Shown here: positions 33,144-41,935 of the stretch, piece by piece
How positions within the stretch are numbered: position 1 is the stretch's first letter
How the letters are laid out: each line of letters begins with the position of its first letter
NCBI GenBank assembly: GCA_963707985.1
Contig: CAVPRW010000017.1
Coordinates: 96,001 to 160,000 of the forward strand
Length of the DNA stretch: 64,000 nucleotides
Reading direction: 5' to 3'
Source of the DNA: an uncultured Nitrospinota bacterium
Lineage (GTDB): Bacteria; Tectomicrobia; Entotheonellia; J063; CAVPRW01
The notes under the pieces: generated by a model
What the model saw: only the letters and a program-made list of their open reading frames with translations
What the model was told of the DNA's origin: nothing
Database searches by the model: none
Made by a program: the position numbers and the translations under genes

Positions 33144-35777
33144 ATGGAGCAGGGACAAGTAGGCGTTGTCACGAACTATCTGTTCCAACTGGTCGCCAAG
33201 CAAGTCGAAGACCATCGACTGGTGGTCTGGTATGATCCAGAAGGGGCCTATACTGCCGCGGCCGCGGCATTCGAGCTCCCTAACACGACGGTGGCGCGCT
33301 ACGACGGTAGCTTCTTCCAGCTCCGATATGACATAGACTTATTATTGAACGATGCGCAACCCCCTCGGTTGGTCGTCTATGTGCCAGAGGATCGAGAGAA
33401 GACTGACCATGCCCTTATCGAGTTGGAAGTAGCGGGCATAGTCATGCAGCCTGGCCAACAGCCCCCTATCCGAAACACCCGACTGGCCATTGTCGCCCGC
33501 AACGCTCTGAAATCGATCCTTGGCGACGAAACGGCTGCCGAGATCGAGAAACAGGTCGACGCCGGGAAGTTGTCGCTCGCCGACCTCAATGCCCTGGCGG
33601 ACAAAGGCAAGGATATTTCGACGGGTGTGCTGTCCCTGATCTTTGGCACGTCTCACCCTCAAGAAGTCGCTCTGGCGTTTCTCAACAGCGACACGTTCGA
33701 CCAAGACATCGATCAAAAGTCGGCGCGGCAGCAACTGATTGGCCTGCTTCGGAACGCTTTCGAGATCGACCTGCCTGAATCAGCACCACTAGCCGAAGTA
33801 CGTCAACGCCTGGCCCGTCATGTTTTGCTGACCGAGTTTCTTGCGGGTCTAGGTGAGGGCGCTCCATCATCCTTGGGGGCGATCAAGATTGCTTCAGCAT
33901 CACCTACCAGAGAAGCCTGCATCAGCCTTGCACATGCCTGGCGACTGCGCCGGGACGTGCGCGACAGCTATGTAGCCACCGCCAAGCAAGTCGAGCAAAC
34001 GCTTGGTCCATCGTCTTTTGTCATTGGTCCTTCGTTGTTGGAAACAAAGGACAACGGGCGAAGGACGATTGACCACCTCGAGACTTTCCTTGCTATCGAG
34101 CGGGCGTTGATGCGGCATGTTGACCATGCTCTGCTACAGTCCGCCGATGCGGCACTACTGGAGGTGGCCGAGTCCAGCCTCTCCCGTTTTTGGTCGGACG
34201 TGATACCCGCCATTCAGGCGCATTGGGCGTTGATTGCTGCCGCCGCCGAAGTCCTACTCCAGGCCGATCGGGTAGCCAAGGCGCTGAGGAAGGCTCCGTC
34301 AACAGTTCCGGCGCTCATCCGTGCATATGCGGAAGGGGAGGCACCATGGTGCCTCCTCGACACCGCTCACCGACATATGGAAAGCCGGTGGTATGCGTTC
34401 GAACCGGAGCCGGGTGCAGACTATGGCAGTCTCGATCAACTCATCGTGAAGGCCGAGCAACGCTATGCGGAGGTTGGGTCAGAGCTGGCGAAGCATTTTA
34501 CCCGCACGTTTGAGAAGGCGAAGCACCCCCAGAAGGATATTCTGTACCAGCGCGATGTGTTCGCGACGCAGGTGAAACCAAGGCTGGACCACGGCAAAAC
34601 CGCTTATGTCTGGGTCGATGCCCTACGGTTCGAGATGGCCCGAGAACTGTGCCACGTCCTTCAGGACGATTTCGAGCTGACGCTGCAACCAGCGTTGGGC
34701 ACGATCCCGACGATCACGGAAATCGGCATGGCGGCGTTGCTACCAAAGGCCGGCGAATCGGCCAAGGTGGTTGCCGTTGGCGGCGGAAAGCTTGGGCTGG
34801 AAATCGACGGCACCATTATCAAGGACCGTAAGGACCGCATTGCCTTCCTGAAGGCCCATGCGGGGGTGTCGGTCTTTGACGCCAAGCTTGACGACCTGCT
34901 GCCCAAGCCGTCGAAGAAGATTCGTGATGGCATCAAGCAGGCCCAACTGGTGCTGATCACGTCGCAAGAGATCGATGAGCTCTGCGAGCAAGACAATATC
35001 GCGCAGGCCCGCCGCCAGATGGACGGTGTCTTGCACGACCTACGGCGGGGAGTCCGCGTCCTGGGGGAACTGGGCATCACCTCGATCATTCTGGCCGCCG
35101 ACCATGGCCACCTCTTTGCCGACGAGATTGGCGAGGACATGAAGATTGATGCCCCAGGTGGCGACACCGCTGACCTGCATCGGCGTGTCTGGGTCGGTAT
35201 CGGTGGGACCGCGGAGCCGTCGTACTTGCGGACGTCGCTGGCCTCCTTTGGTGTCGACAGTGCACTCGATATCGCGACACCGTGGACATTTGCCTGCTTC
35301 AAAGCCAAAGGGGGAGCGCGGGCCTACTTCCACGGCGGTCTATCGCCGCAGGAGTTGATCATACCGGTGGTGGTCATGACGCCTACCGCCCAAGCCCTGG
35401 CCGGACCGCCAACCAGTATCGACTGGACGCTGACGCCCGGGACGCCCAAACTGACCACACGTTTCTTCTCCGTGCAGATCAGCGGCGTGGGATCTAGGTT
35501 ATTTGCGGTACAACCACCGAAGGTCCGTGTCGAAATTCACGTCAAAGGTACCTGTGTCTCGCAGCCGGTCAGTGCTTCATACGGCTTCGAGGATGCGACC
35601 GGCGAGGTGCATCTGAGAGTCCTGGCGGATGATACCAAAGTGATTGATCCGAACACTGTGACCGTGATGTTGGTCGACGAGATCGCCGAGAAGGCCGTGA
35701 GGGTACATCTCCTTGACGCCACCAGTGGCGCAGAACTGGCGCGTCTTGACAGGATCGAGGTGGCCCTTGCCTTCTGA
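33144..35777 (+). CDS. pglZ: BREX PglZ alkaline-phosphatase-superfamily protein
   Basis: VVWYDPEG, VDALRFE, PTITEIGMAALLP, ADHG and YFHGGLSPQELIIPV motifs. Confidence 0.93.
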   Translation: MEQGQVGVVTNYLFQLVAKQVEDHRLVVWYDPEGAYTAAAAAFELPNTTVARYDGSFFQLRYDIDLLLNDAQPPRLVVYVPEDREKTDHALIELEVAGIVMQPGQQPPIRNTRLAIVARNALKSILGDETAAEIEKQVDAGKLSLADLNALADKGKDISTGVLSLIFGTSHPQEVALAFLNSDTFDQDIDQKSARQQLIGLLRNAFEIDLPESAPLAEVRQRLARHVLLTEFLAGLGEGAPSSLGAIKIASASPTREACISLAHAWRLRRDVRDSYVATAKQVEQTLGPSSFVIGPSLLETKDNGRRTIDHLETFLAIERALMRHVDHALLQSADAALLEVAESSLSRFWSDVIPAIQAHWALIAAAAEVLLQADRVAKALRKAPSTVPALIRAYAEGEAPWCLLDTAHRHMESRWYAFEPEPGADYGSLDQLIVKAEQRYAEVGSELAKHFTRTFEKAKHPQKDILYQRDVFATQVKPRLDHGKTAYVWVDALRFEMARELCHVLQDDFELTLQPALGTIPTITEIGMAALLPKAGESAKVVAVGGGKLGLEIDGTIIKDRKDRIAFLKAHAGVSVFDAKLDDLLPKPSKKIRDGIKQAQLVLITSQEIDELCEQDNIAQARRQMDGVLHDLRRGVRVLGELGITSIILAADHGHLFADEIGEDMKIDAPGGDTADLHRRVWVGIGGTAEPSYLRTSLASFGVDSALDIATPWTFACFKAKGGARAYFHGGLSPQELIIPVVVMTPTAQALAGPPTSIDWTLTPGTPKLTTRFFSVQISGVGSRLFAVQPPKVRVEIHVKGTCVSQPVSASYGFEDATGEVHLRVLADDTKVIDPNTVTVMLVDEIAEKAVRVHLLDATSGAELARLDRIEVALAF
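34004..34075. repeat. 72-bp imperfect palindrome built from heptamer units, in frame within pglZ
   Basis: TGGTC-CATCGTC-TTTTGTC-ATTGGTC-CTTCGTT...AACAAAG-GACAACG-GGCGAAG-GACGATT-GACCA. Confidence 0.7.
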
Positions 35778-37317
35778 AAATAATTCCAACGTAGAACTAG
35801 AGCGGAAAGTCACGTCCATTTTTGCGGGGAAAGTGGTCCGCAAAGATTTGGTCCGCAAGGTCAAGGTTGGGGCGAATGTGCCGGTCTTCGTGCTGGAGTA
35901 CCTGCTAGGCAAGTACTGCGCCACCGACGATGCTGCGGCCCTTGAGGCTGGCCTGCGTGGGACAGGCAAAAGCTACGCCTATCAGGAATTGTCTCCCTAT
36001 ACGATCCTGCTTACTGGACCGACGACGGTGGCCAATCTCTTCTACAATATGGCCACGAATAAGATGGGCCTGGTCGGTATCTGGGATGCCATCGCCTTCG
36101 ACGAGGTGGCTGATCTTCAGAAGATGCCCAAAGAGGTCATCACCACGCTCAAAACCTATGGTGAGTCGGGCAGCTTCGCCCGGGGCAAAGAGTCACTATC
36201 TGGCATGGCCTCCATGGCGATGTTTGGCAATACCAACCAGCCCGTTGAGGTCATGGTGCGCTCGTCACACCTGTTCCTACCCATGCCCGATCCCATGCCC
36301 GATGTGATCCGCGAGGACATGGCGTTCTTCGACCGCATCCATTTTTATCTGCCTGGTTGGGAGATTCCCAAGATGCGGGTGGAGTTCTTCACCGAGCATT
36401 ACGGCTTTGTGGTGGACTATTTGGCGGAGGCGCTACGGGAACTGCGGAAGCACAATCACACTGAACTCCTTGACCGCTACTTTTCTCTGGGGTCTCACCT
36501 GAACGCCCGTGACGTGAAGGCCGTCCGCAAGACGGTCTCGGGGTTGGTCAAGCTCCTTTACCCGCACGGCGAGGTGTCGAAGGAAGAGCTGGCGGAATTG
36601 GTGGAGATGGCCATCGAGGGGCGTCGGCGGGTCAAAGAGCAACTCAAGAAGATGGGCTCTTTCGAGTACCACCAGACCTCGTTCTCATATCTCGATCGCG
36701 AAACCCTAGAAGAACGCTTTGTTGGCGTGCCGGAACAAGGGAGTCGAGATATGATCTCACCCGATCCCCTTGCTCCGGGGTCAGTGTATACCGCGGCTGT
36801 CGATGGCCAGGGGAAGGTGGGCCTCTACCGTCTTGAAGTGGGCTGTGCTCCAGGAACCGGCAAGCTCAGGATCGCTGGCGGTGTTGACGGGCCGATGAAG
36901 GAATCACTGCAGAGGGCCTTCGCCTATATGATGGGGCACAAAGTCGCCATGGGCATCGGTCAACAGATCGATACGACCGATTTCCACGTCGAAGCCATCG
37001 ACCTGCTGAGCAACCATGTGCCGTGCGAAGCCGGCGTTGCCCTCGTCATCGCCATCTATTCCGCGCTCAAAAAGCACTCCGTCCTGCCGGGACTCGTGAT
37101 CCTGGGCGATCTCAGCATCCAGGGCAACATCAAATCCGTGCGTGTGCTGACTGAGCCCTTACAGATCGGCATGGACAACGGCGCACGTCGAGCGCTGATT
37201 CCGCTGGAGAACAAACGTCACTTCCTGGAAGTCGCAGGGGACATCGTGGAGCGAGTCGACCCCATCTTCTTCTCGGACCCTATGACGGCGGCGATGAAGG
37301 CATTGGGCATGACGTAA
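35767..37317 (+). CDS. brxL: BREX Lon-like protein BrxL with a probable in-frame internal deletion near 35955
   Basis: FAGKVVRKDL..GANVPVFVLEYLLGKYCATDD joined directly to RGTGKS; FDEVA, DRIHFYLPGWEIPK, EGRRRVKEQLKK motifs and a Lon-like C-terminal domain. Confidence 0.9.
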   Translation: MPSENNSNVELERKVTSIFAGKVVRKDLVRKVKVGANVPVFVLEYLLGKYCATDDAAALEAGLRGTGKSYAYQELSPYTILLTGPTTVANLFYNMATNKMGLVGIWDAIAFDEVADLQKMPKEVITTLKTYGESGSFARGKESLSGMASMAMFGNTNQPVEVMVRSSHLFLPMPDPMPDVIREDMAFFDRIHFYLPGWEIPKMRVEFFTEHYGFVVDYLAEALRELRKHNHTELLDRYFSLGSHLNARDVKAVRKTVSGLVKLLYPHGEVSKEELAELVEMAIEGRRRVKEQLKKMGSFEYHQTSFSYLDRETLEERFVGVPEQGSRDMISPDPLAPGSVYTAAVDGQGKVGLYRLEVGCAPGTGKLRIAGGVDGPMKESLQRAFAYMMGHKVAMGIGQQIDTTDFHVEAIDLLSNHVPCEAGVALVIAIYSALKKHSVLPGLVILGDLSIQGNIKSVRVLTEPLQIGMDNGARRALIPLENKRHFLEVAGDIVERVDPIFFSDPMTAAMKALGMT

Positions 37318-37481
37318 GAGCGATCATGCTCTTTTCATTCTGACATTGGATGCATAAGCGAAGACTCCACCAATCAAATGAGGCTTTGCCGTTAACACGA
37401 TCTGGACGTGCCCGGCGTAAAGTCCCGCAGAGTACGTCCTAGTCATCCTTGCTACATCCCCGGCAGCGCCTTCCGGGTCAT

Positions 37482-37923
37482 TCGCTGACACGACCACGAT
37501 GCGTGCCTATGTGCTGCATCGGCGTCCACATGGCGGCGGCGTTGCCGGCAGTTCGAAAGTCGTCTCAGGGGAAGGAGATCCTATGTACGCCATTTTCGTG
37601 ACCATCAAAATCAAGCCGGGGTTTGCGGACAGGTTCAAGGAAGCGAGTCTTGGCGATGGCCAGGGTTCGGTGCGTGATGAACCTGGCTGCCTACGCTTCG
37701 ACCTGCACCAGAGTCTGTCGGATGCCAATACCTTCCACTTGTACGAGGTGTATGAGAATCAGGACGCTCATCTGAATGCCCACCGCAGTGCCCCACACTA
37801 TCTCAAGTGGCGCGAGACGGTGCAGGACTGGTTCGATGGCGAGCCGCAGCGCTTGGCGATGACGACCGTGTTTCCCTCAGATGACGGCTGGAGGAAGCAG
37901 AAGCCCCATCTGCTGAACTGGTA
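37482..37923 (+). repeat. Right 442-bp direct repeat (partner at 10533-10974)
   Basis: Ungapped near-identity to 10533-10974. Confidence 0.95.
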
Positions 37924-37924
37924 A
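37583..37924 (+). CDS. ABM/LsrG-like monooxygenase, copy 2
   Basis: Two amino-acid differences from copy 1 (E/D and F/L). Confidence 0.9.
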   Translation: MYAIFVTIKIKPGFADRFKEASLGDGQGSVRDEPGCLRFDLHQSLSDANTFHLYEVYENQDAHLNAHRSAPHYLKWRETVQDWFDGEPQRLAMTTVFPSDDGWRKQKPHLLNW

Positions 37925-38116
37925 TTGCGATCCCTGCGGTTGTGCTGCACGCGGTCGTCAGGGTTTCTGCGGTGGTTGGCAGCGGAGCGTGGGAGGGGCG
38001 ACGCAGCCGTCGCTCCTCTGGAGTCCAAAACCACCAATGTGATCACTTTCGTATGTGGAAGTTGAGGTCGTCTGACGATAGCGGGGCGCTTGTTAGAAGG
38101 AAATGTATCGGCCTCA

Positions 38117-38482
38117 TCATTCGTGGGCTTGGGTCTCTTCCGGAGGACCTTCAGGCATCCCAGCGTCGATCCAGGTGACGATCTCATCGATCTCTGCGCT
38201 CGAAAGAAAGGGGCCTTGCAGCGGCATTTTCCCGAACCCCCCGACGCCACGCACCAGGGACCTTACCAGATGCGTTTGCCTGCCAGGGACGCCAGGTTGG
38301 ATGGCGCGCATCCCTGACAGCACAGCGTTGGCAAGCTGCTGGGGCGTTTCCCAGTAATACTCGTGGATGCCCGGATACGGTTCACGTCCCCACCGCGCAA
38401 TCCAGCGCTCCATGATGCCGTCCAGGATAGCTTTGACCCTGGGCCAGTATACTGGTGTCTCTGGCATCTGACCCTCATGCAT
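38117..38482 (-). CDS. Hypothetical protein
   Basis: GGAG RBS; 121 aa; C-terminal MP..GPFLS..EI..I..WIDAG.P. Confidence 0.7.
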   Translation of the reverse strand: MHEGQMPETPVYWPRVKAILDGIMERWIARWGREPYPGIHEYYWETPQQLANAVLSGMRAIQPGVPGRQTHLVRSLVRGVGGFGKMPLQGPFLSSAEIDEIVTWIDAGMPEGPPEETQAHE

Positions 38483-38661
38483 GGCCCTATCTCCAAGATG
38501 ATGGTTGCAGCGTCAATATCCACCGACTAGCGCGGCATGGCCAGTTCGCATCGAAAACCTGAGCGCGCGCGTTAGCACTACCCAACTGCGGAATGGGGTG
38601 CTCCTAGCGGGGGTTTCCTGCCTCTGGCGAAAAGCTCATGGTCTCCAACTGTGGGCTTCCC

Positions 38662-39420
38662 TCACACCTCGTGGGTCTTGAGTTGCTCCAGATACTGTTG
38701 GAATCGCTCGATGGCTCGCTGCTCCGGCACGCCGAGGAAGTAGCGTATCCCCTGCGTATACTCCAAGATATCACGGGGATGCATCAGCACATCGGGCCGC
38801 CCTTCGGCGGCACGAAACAGACCATCGGCCCAGTCTTGCATCCCAGTGTAAAGCGCGTCTTCCAAGGCAGTCACCTCTTTGCGGTCCAGCACTTTGCGGA
38901 CGACCCAGCGTGCGAACACAAAGGGCAGGCCAGTCCACTGAGCCCATTCCTCGCCCAGGTCGTAGGTATGAGGGAAGTCCCAGACGCCGTATCGCTGGCG
39001 CAACCCCTCGCTGCCGATGAGGAGGAAGGCGTCGGAGGCATCTTCAGGCGTCACGTATGCTGCTGGCTGTACGTGATGTTTGAGAGTCAGGAGGACCTTC
39101 AACAGTAGAGCAGAGGTGGCAGCCTCACCAGGGATGCCGATCTGAGCACCGGTCAGTTCATGGATGGGTCGTTTCGAGTGCAAGGCTACACTGCTGGTCC
39201 TACGAATGGTCGCCAGGCAAAACCCTGAGAGGAACCGAGATTGCTCGTCCAGGCGAAAACAATCCACCAGGGGCATCGGTCCGGCGTCGATCTCACCCCG
39301 GGTCACCGCTCCAGCCAGCTCACTGGGTACCATGTCGTACAAATCCATCCCACGGCGCTTCATCTCAAAGTAGAAGGGCTCGCAGCTGAGATAAGGAATG
39401 CGAGCAACTTTCAGTGCCAT
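38662..39420 (-). CDS. mqnA: MqnA-like chorismate dehydratase (futalosine menaquinone pathway family)
   Basis: RIPYLSCEPF, PS..A..GEIDAG, LLIG and YDLGEEW..WTGLPFVFARW motifs. Confidence 0.8.
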   Translation of the reverse strand: MALKVARIPYLSCEPFYFEMKRRGMDLYDMVPSELAGAVTRGEIDAGPMPLVDCFRLDEQSRFLSGFCLATIRRTSSVALHSKRPIHELTGAQIGIPGEAATSALLLKVLLTLKHHVQPAAYVTPEDASDAFLLIGSEGLRQRYGVWDFPHTYDLGEEWAQWTGLPFVFARWVVRKVLDRKEVTALEDALYTGMQDWADGLFRAAEGRPDVLMHPRDILEYTQGIRYFLGVPEQRAIERFQQYLEQLKTHEV

Positions 39421-39570
39421 GCCCATGCACCTCCGGGACAGCCTTCCATAAGGCGTGCTGAACTGCTTTTCCATCCCTTCTCACTGGGCTGTGAGGATTT
39501 CCTAGCTGGGGAGGAAATTAGCGCGCAGACTTCGTTATGGAATAACGATACCGCTCAAGTGGTTGTACGG

Positions 39571-39606
39571 ACCCCACGCCTGACCCTCCCCCGCAATGGG
39601 GGAGGG
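39571..39606. repeat. REP-like palindrome
   Basis: ACCCCACGCCTGA followed by the CCCTCCCCC-GCAAT-GGGGGAGGG hairpin. Confidence 0.55.
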
Positions 39607-39638
39607 AGGCGTGAAGTCGGAAGTGCCGCACTCAGGGC

Positions 39639-40670
39639 TTAGAGGCGGGGACCAACGAAGGTGGGAGAGAGCTTTTGATACACCTGGACACGGTTGCGGG
39701 CCGATTCCACGACGAAAATCCGGTTCTGGTCATCAACCGCAACACCGGTTGGCCCCCAGAAGTCCTTCTCCCGTTCCAGCCCGTACGCACGCTCGCGCTC
39801 TTGGTACATCTCCGGATTGGCGTCGAGCTTGTCTTTCGCCCACTTGGAGAGGGTCGCATCGCCGGTCTTCTCGGCAATGAAGTCCCCTTCGGGGTCGAAG
39901 ACCTGCAACCGGTTGTTCAGCCAGTCGGCGACATAGATCACGCCATCTTGATCTACGGCAACGCCCGAGGGGCGATTGAATTGCCCTTCACCCGTGCCCG
40001 ACGTGCCAAACTGCATCAAGAAGTTACCGTTGGAGCTGAACTTCTGGATGCGGTCATTCCGCCAATCGGAGACATAGACATCACCGGCGCGATCGACAGC
40101 GATGCCCCATGGCATATTGAACTGGCCTGGGCCGCTGCCAGCAGAACCCCATTTCGCTAGGAACCTGCCATCCTTGGTGAATTTTTGGATGCGGTTATTC
40201 CCGCTGTCCACCACATAGGCGTTGTCATCGGCATCGAAGGCGATACCGGAAGGACGGTTGAGCTCGCCGTCGCCGCTTCCTGGTCGCTCCTGCCACTTGC
40301 TGATGTAATCGCCATCCTTGCCAAAAATCGACACGCGGTTGGTCCACTCATCGGTGACGTACACATTTCCGGCGCGGTCAAAGGCGATGGCGGTCGGCCA
40401 TACCAGCGAGCCGTCATCGAAGTTGAACGCATGTGGTCCCTGGGCTATGACGCCACGAGCAAAGGCCGTGACGTACTCTTCGTCGTCGAGTGTTAACACG
40501 GTGATCCGAGTGCCTTCAGGACGATATTCAGAACCCCGGCACAGCACGTACAGCATGTCACCCTCGCCGCGGGCGACAAAGACCGGCGAGGTAAACCCCG
40601 GTCCGAATTGCTCGCCACGGCCGATGGTGTGGCTATATTTCAAAATAACGGAATTCGCAACGGTCGGCAT
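39639..40670 (-). CDS. NHL-repeat beta-propeller protein
   Basis: Repeated FNxPxGIAVD..G.VYV.D..N.RIQKF units. Confidence 0.92.
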   Translation of the reverse strand: MPTVANSVILKYSHTIGRGEQFGPGFTSPVFVARGEGDMLYVLCRGSEYRPEGTRITVLTLDDEEYVTAFARGVIAQGPHAFNFDDGSLVWPTAIAFDRAGNVYVTDEWTNRVSIFGKDGDYISKWQERPGSGDGELNRPSGIAFDADDNAYVVDSGNNRIQKFTKDGRFLAKWGSAGSGPGQFNMPWGIAVDRAGDVYVSDWRNDRIQKFSSNGNFLMQFGTSGTGEGQFNRPSGVAVDQDGVIYVADWLNNRLQVFDPEGDFIAEKTGDATLSKWAKDKLDANPEMYQERERAYGLEREKDFWGPTGVAVDDQNRIFVVESARNRVQVYQKLSPTFVGPRL

Positions 40671-40781
40671 GTTCGCACCTCACAGCATATGGGTTGACCA
40701 TGACCTGGAGCGCCAACCCCCTACCACAAGCACAGGGATTGGCGCTCGACAATAGCCGTGTCCTATAGGACATCGGCGTGT

Positions 40782-41915
40782 CTAGAGGAAATCAAGCTGC
40801 TCGAAGGTCCCACCGACGATGGGCTTCGAATCCATCTTCATCCACTTCTCCAGCAAGGTCGCGTAGAGCCCGCGGAAATCGTTGTTGAAGTGGAGATCCC
40901 CTTCCAACAATTTCCCGGCTTCCAGGGAAGGATACTGGCCGTACAGGCCACCCTTCACCGCATCGCCGATGACGAAGGCATGGCCGCCGGAGCCGTGGTC
41001 GGTCCCGGAACCGTTGTCATGCACGCGCCGGCCAAATTCGGTGAACACCAGGAGGACGACGTTGTCCGTGGCGTTGTGCTCTTTCAGGTCGGCGTAGAAA
41101 TCGGCGACGGCCTTGGACGTCTGAGTCCACAGCCGGGTGTGGTTGGCCAACTCTCCGGCATGGGTATCGAAGCTATTGTATGGGGCGGTGGTGTAGAGAA
41201 TCCGCGTCCCAAAGTCCGCCAGATGGGTCTGGACGATGTTTCTCATATACCCGCCAACGGTATCGTCGCCGTACTTCACCGTCGAGGCATACTTCTCCGG
41301 AGCCGTGCTCAGGATGTCCGCCCCTTTCAAGGCGTCCAGGCCCGTCTGCGCGAAGTAGGACAGCACCTGGTCTTTCCCGAGCATCGGGGTGTAGGTGCGG
41401 GCGAATGTATCGAGTGCCTTCGTCCGCTGTTCCTCGATCTCGATGCCGGTGAGGACGCCGTAAGATTCGAGGTTACCAACCGAGGCCACCGGTACGCCCG
41501 GTGCCGACAGGGCGCGTGGCAGACCACGACCGAAGTTGACGCCGGTCAAGACGTTGTCTTTCTGGGGGTCGATCTCACGAATCGCCCGGCCCAGCCAGCC
41601 CTCGGTGCCGATCTTGTCGGGCTCGCAGGTGTGCCAAATATCCATCGAGCGGAAGTGAGAGCGGCTCGGTTTGGGATAACCGATTCCCTGAATGACCGCC
41701 ACTTTCCCCTCATCATAGAGCGCCTTGAGAGGTCCCATAGCGGGGTGAAACCCGACGTCCTTATTGAGAGGCAGTACCTGGTCTTCGGGAATCCGGACAT
41801 TCGGCCGGTTGTCGAAGTACAACGGGTTGCCATATGGGATGACCGTATTCAGAGCGTCGTTGCCCCCGGACAGCTGGAGGACAACCAGAATGGGGTCCTT
41901 CTTGTTCGCTGCCAT
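40782..41915 (-). CDS. DUF1501 domain protein
   Basis: LVVLQLSGGNDALNTVIPY, RSHFRSMDIW, FDTH and TEFGRRV..NGSGTDHG motifs. Confidence 0.92.
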   Translation of the reverse strand: MAANKKDPILVVLQLSGGNDALNTVIPYGNPLYFDNRPNVRIPEDQVLPLNKDVGFHPAMGPLKALYDEGKVAVIQGIGYPKPSRSHFRSMDIWHTCEPDKIGTEGWLGRAIREIDPQKDNVLTGVNFGRGLPRALSAPGVPVASVGNLESYGVLTGIEIEEQRTKALDTFARTYTPMLGKDQVLSYFAQTGLDALKGADILSTAPEKYASTVKYGDDTVGGYMRNIVQTHLADFGTRILYTTAPYNSFDTHAGELANHTRLWTQTSKAVADFYADLKEHNATDNVVLLVFTEFGRRVHDNGSGTDHGSGGHAFVIGDAVKGGLYGQYPSLEAGKLLEGDLHFNNDFRGLYATLLEKWMKMDSKPIVGGTFEQLDFL

Positions 41916-41935
41916 AACATCCCCTCCCTTCGCCA

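Noticed and set aside
10533..37923. ABM repeats as a diversity-generating retroelement TR/VR pair
   Set aside because: Mismatches are not adenine-specific, are mostly synonymous, and there is no reverse transcriptase in the window.
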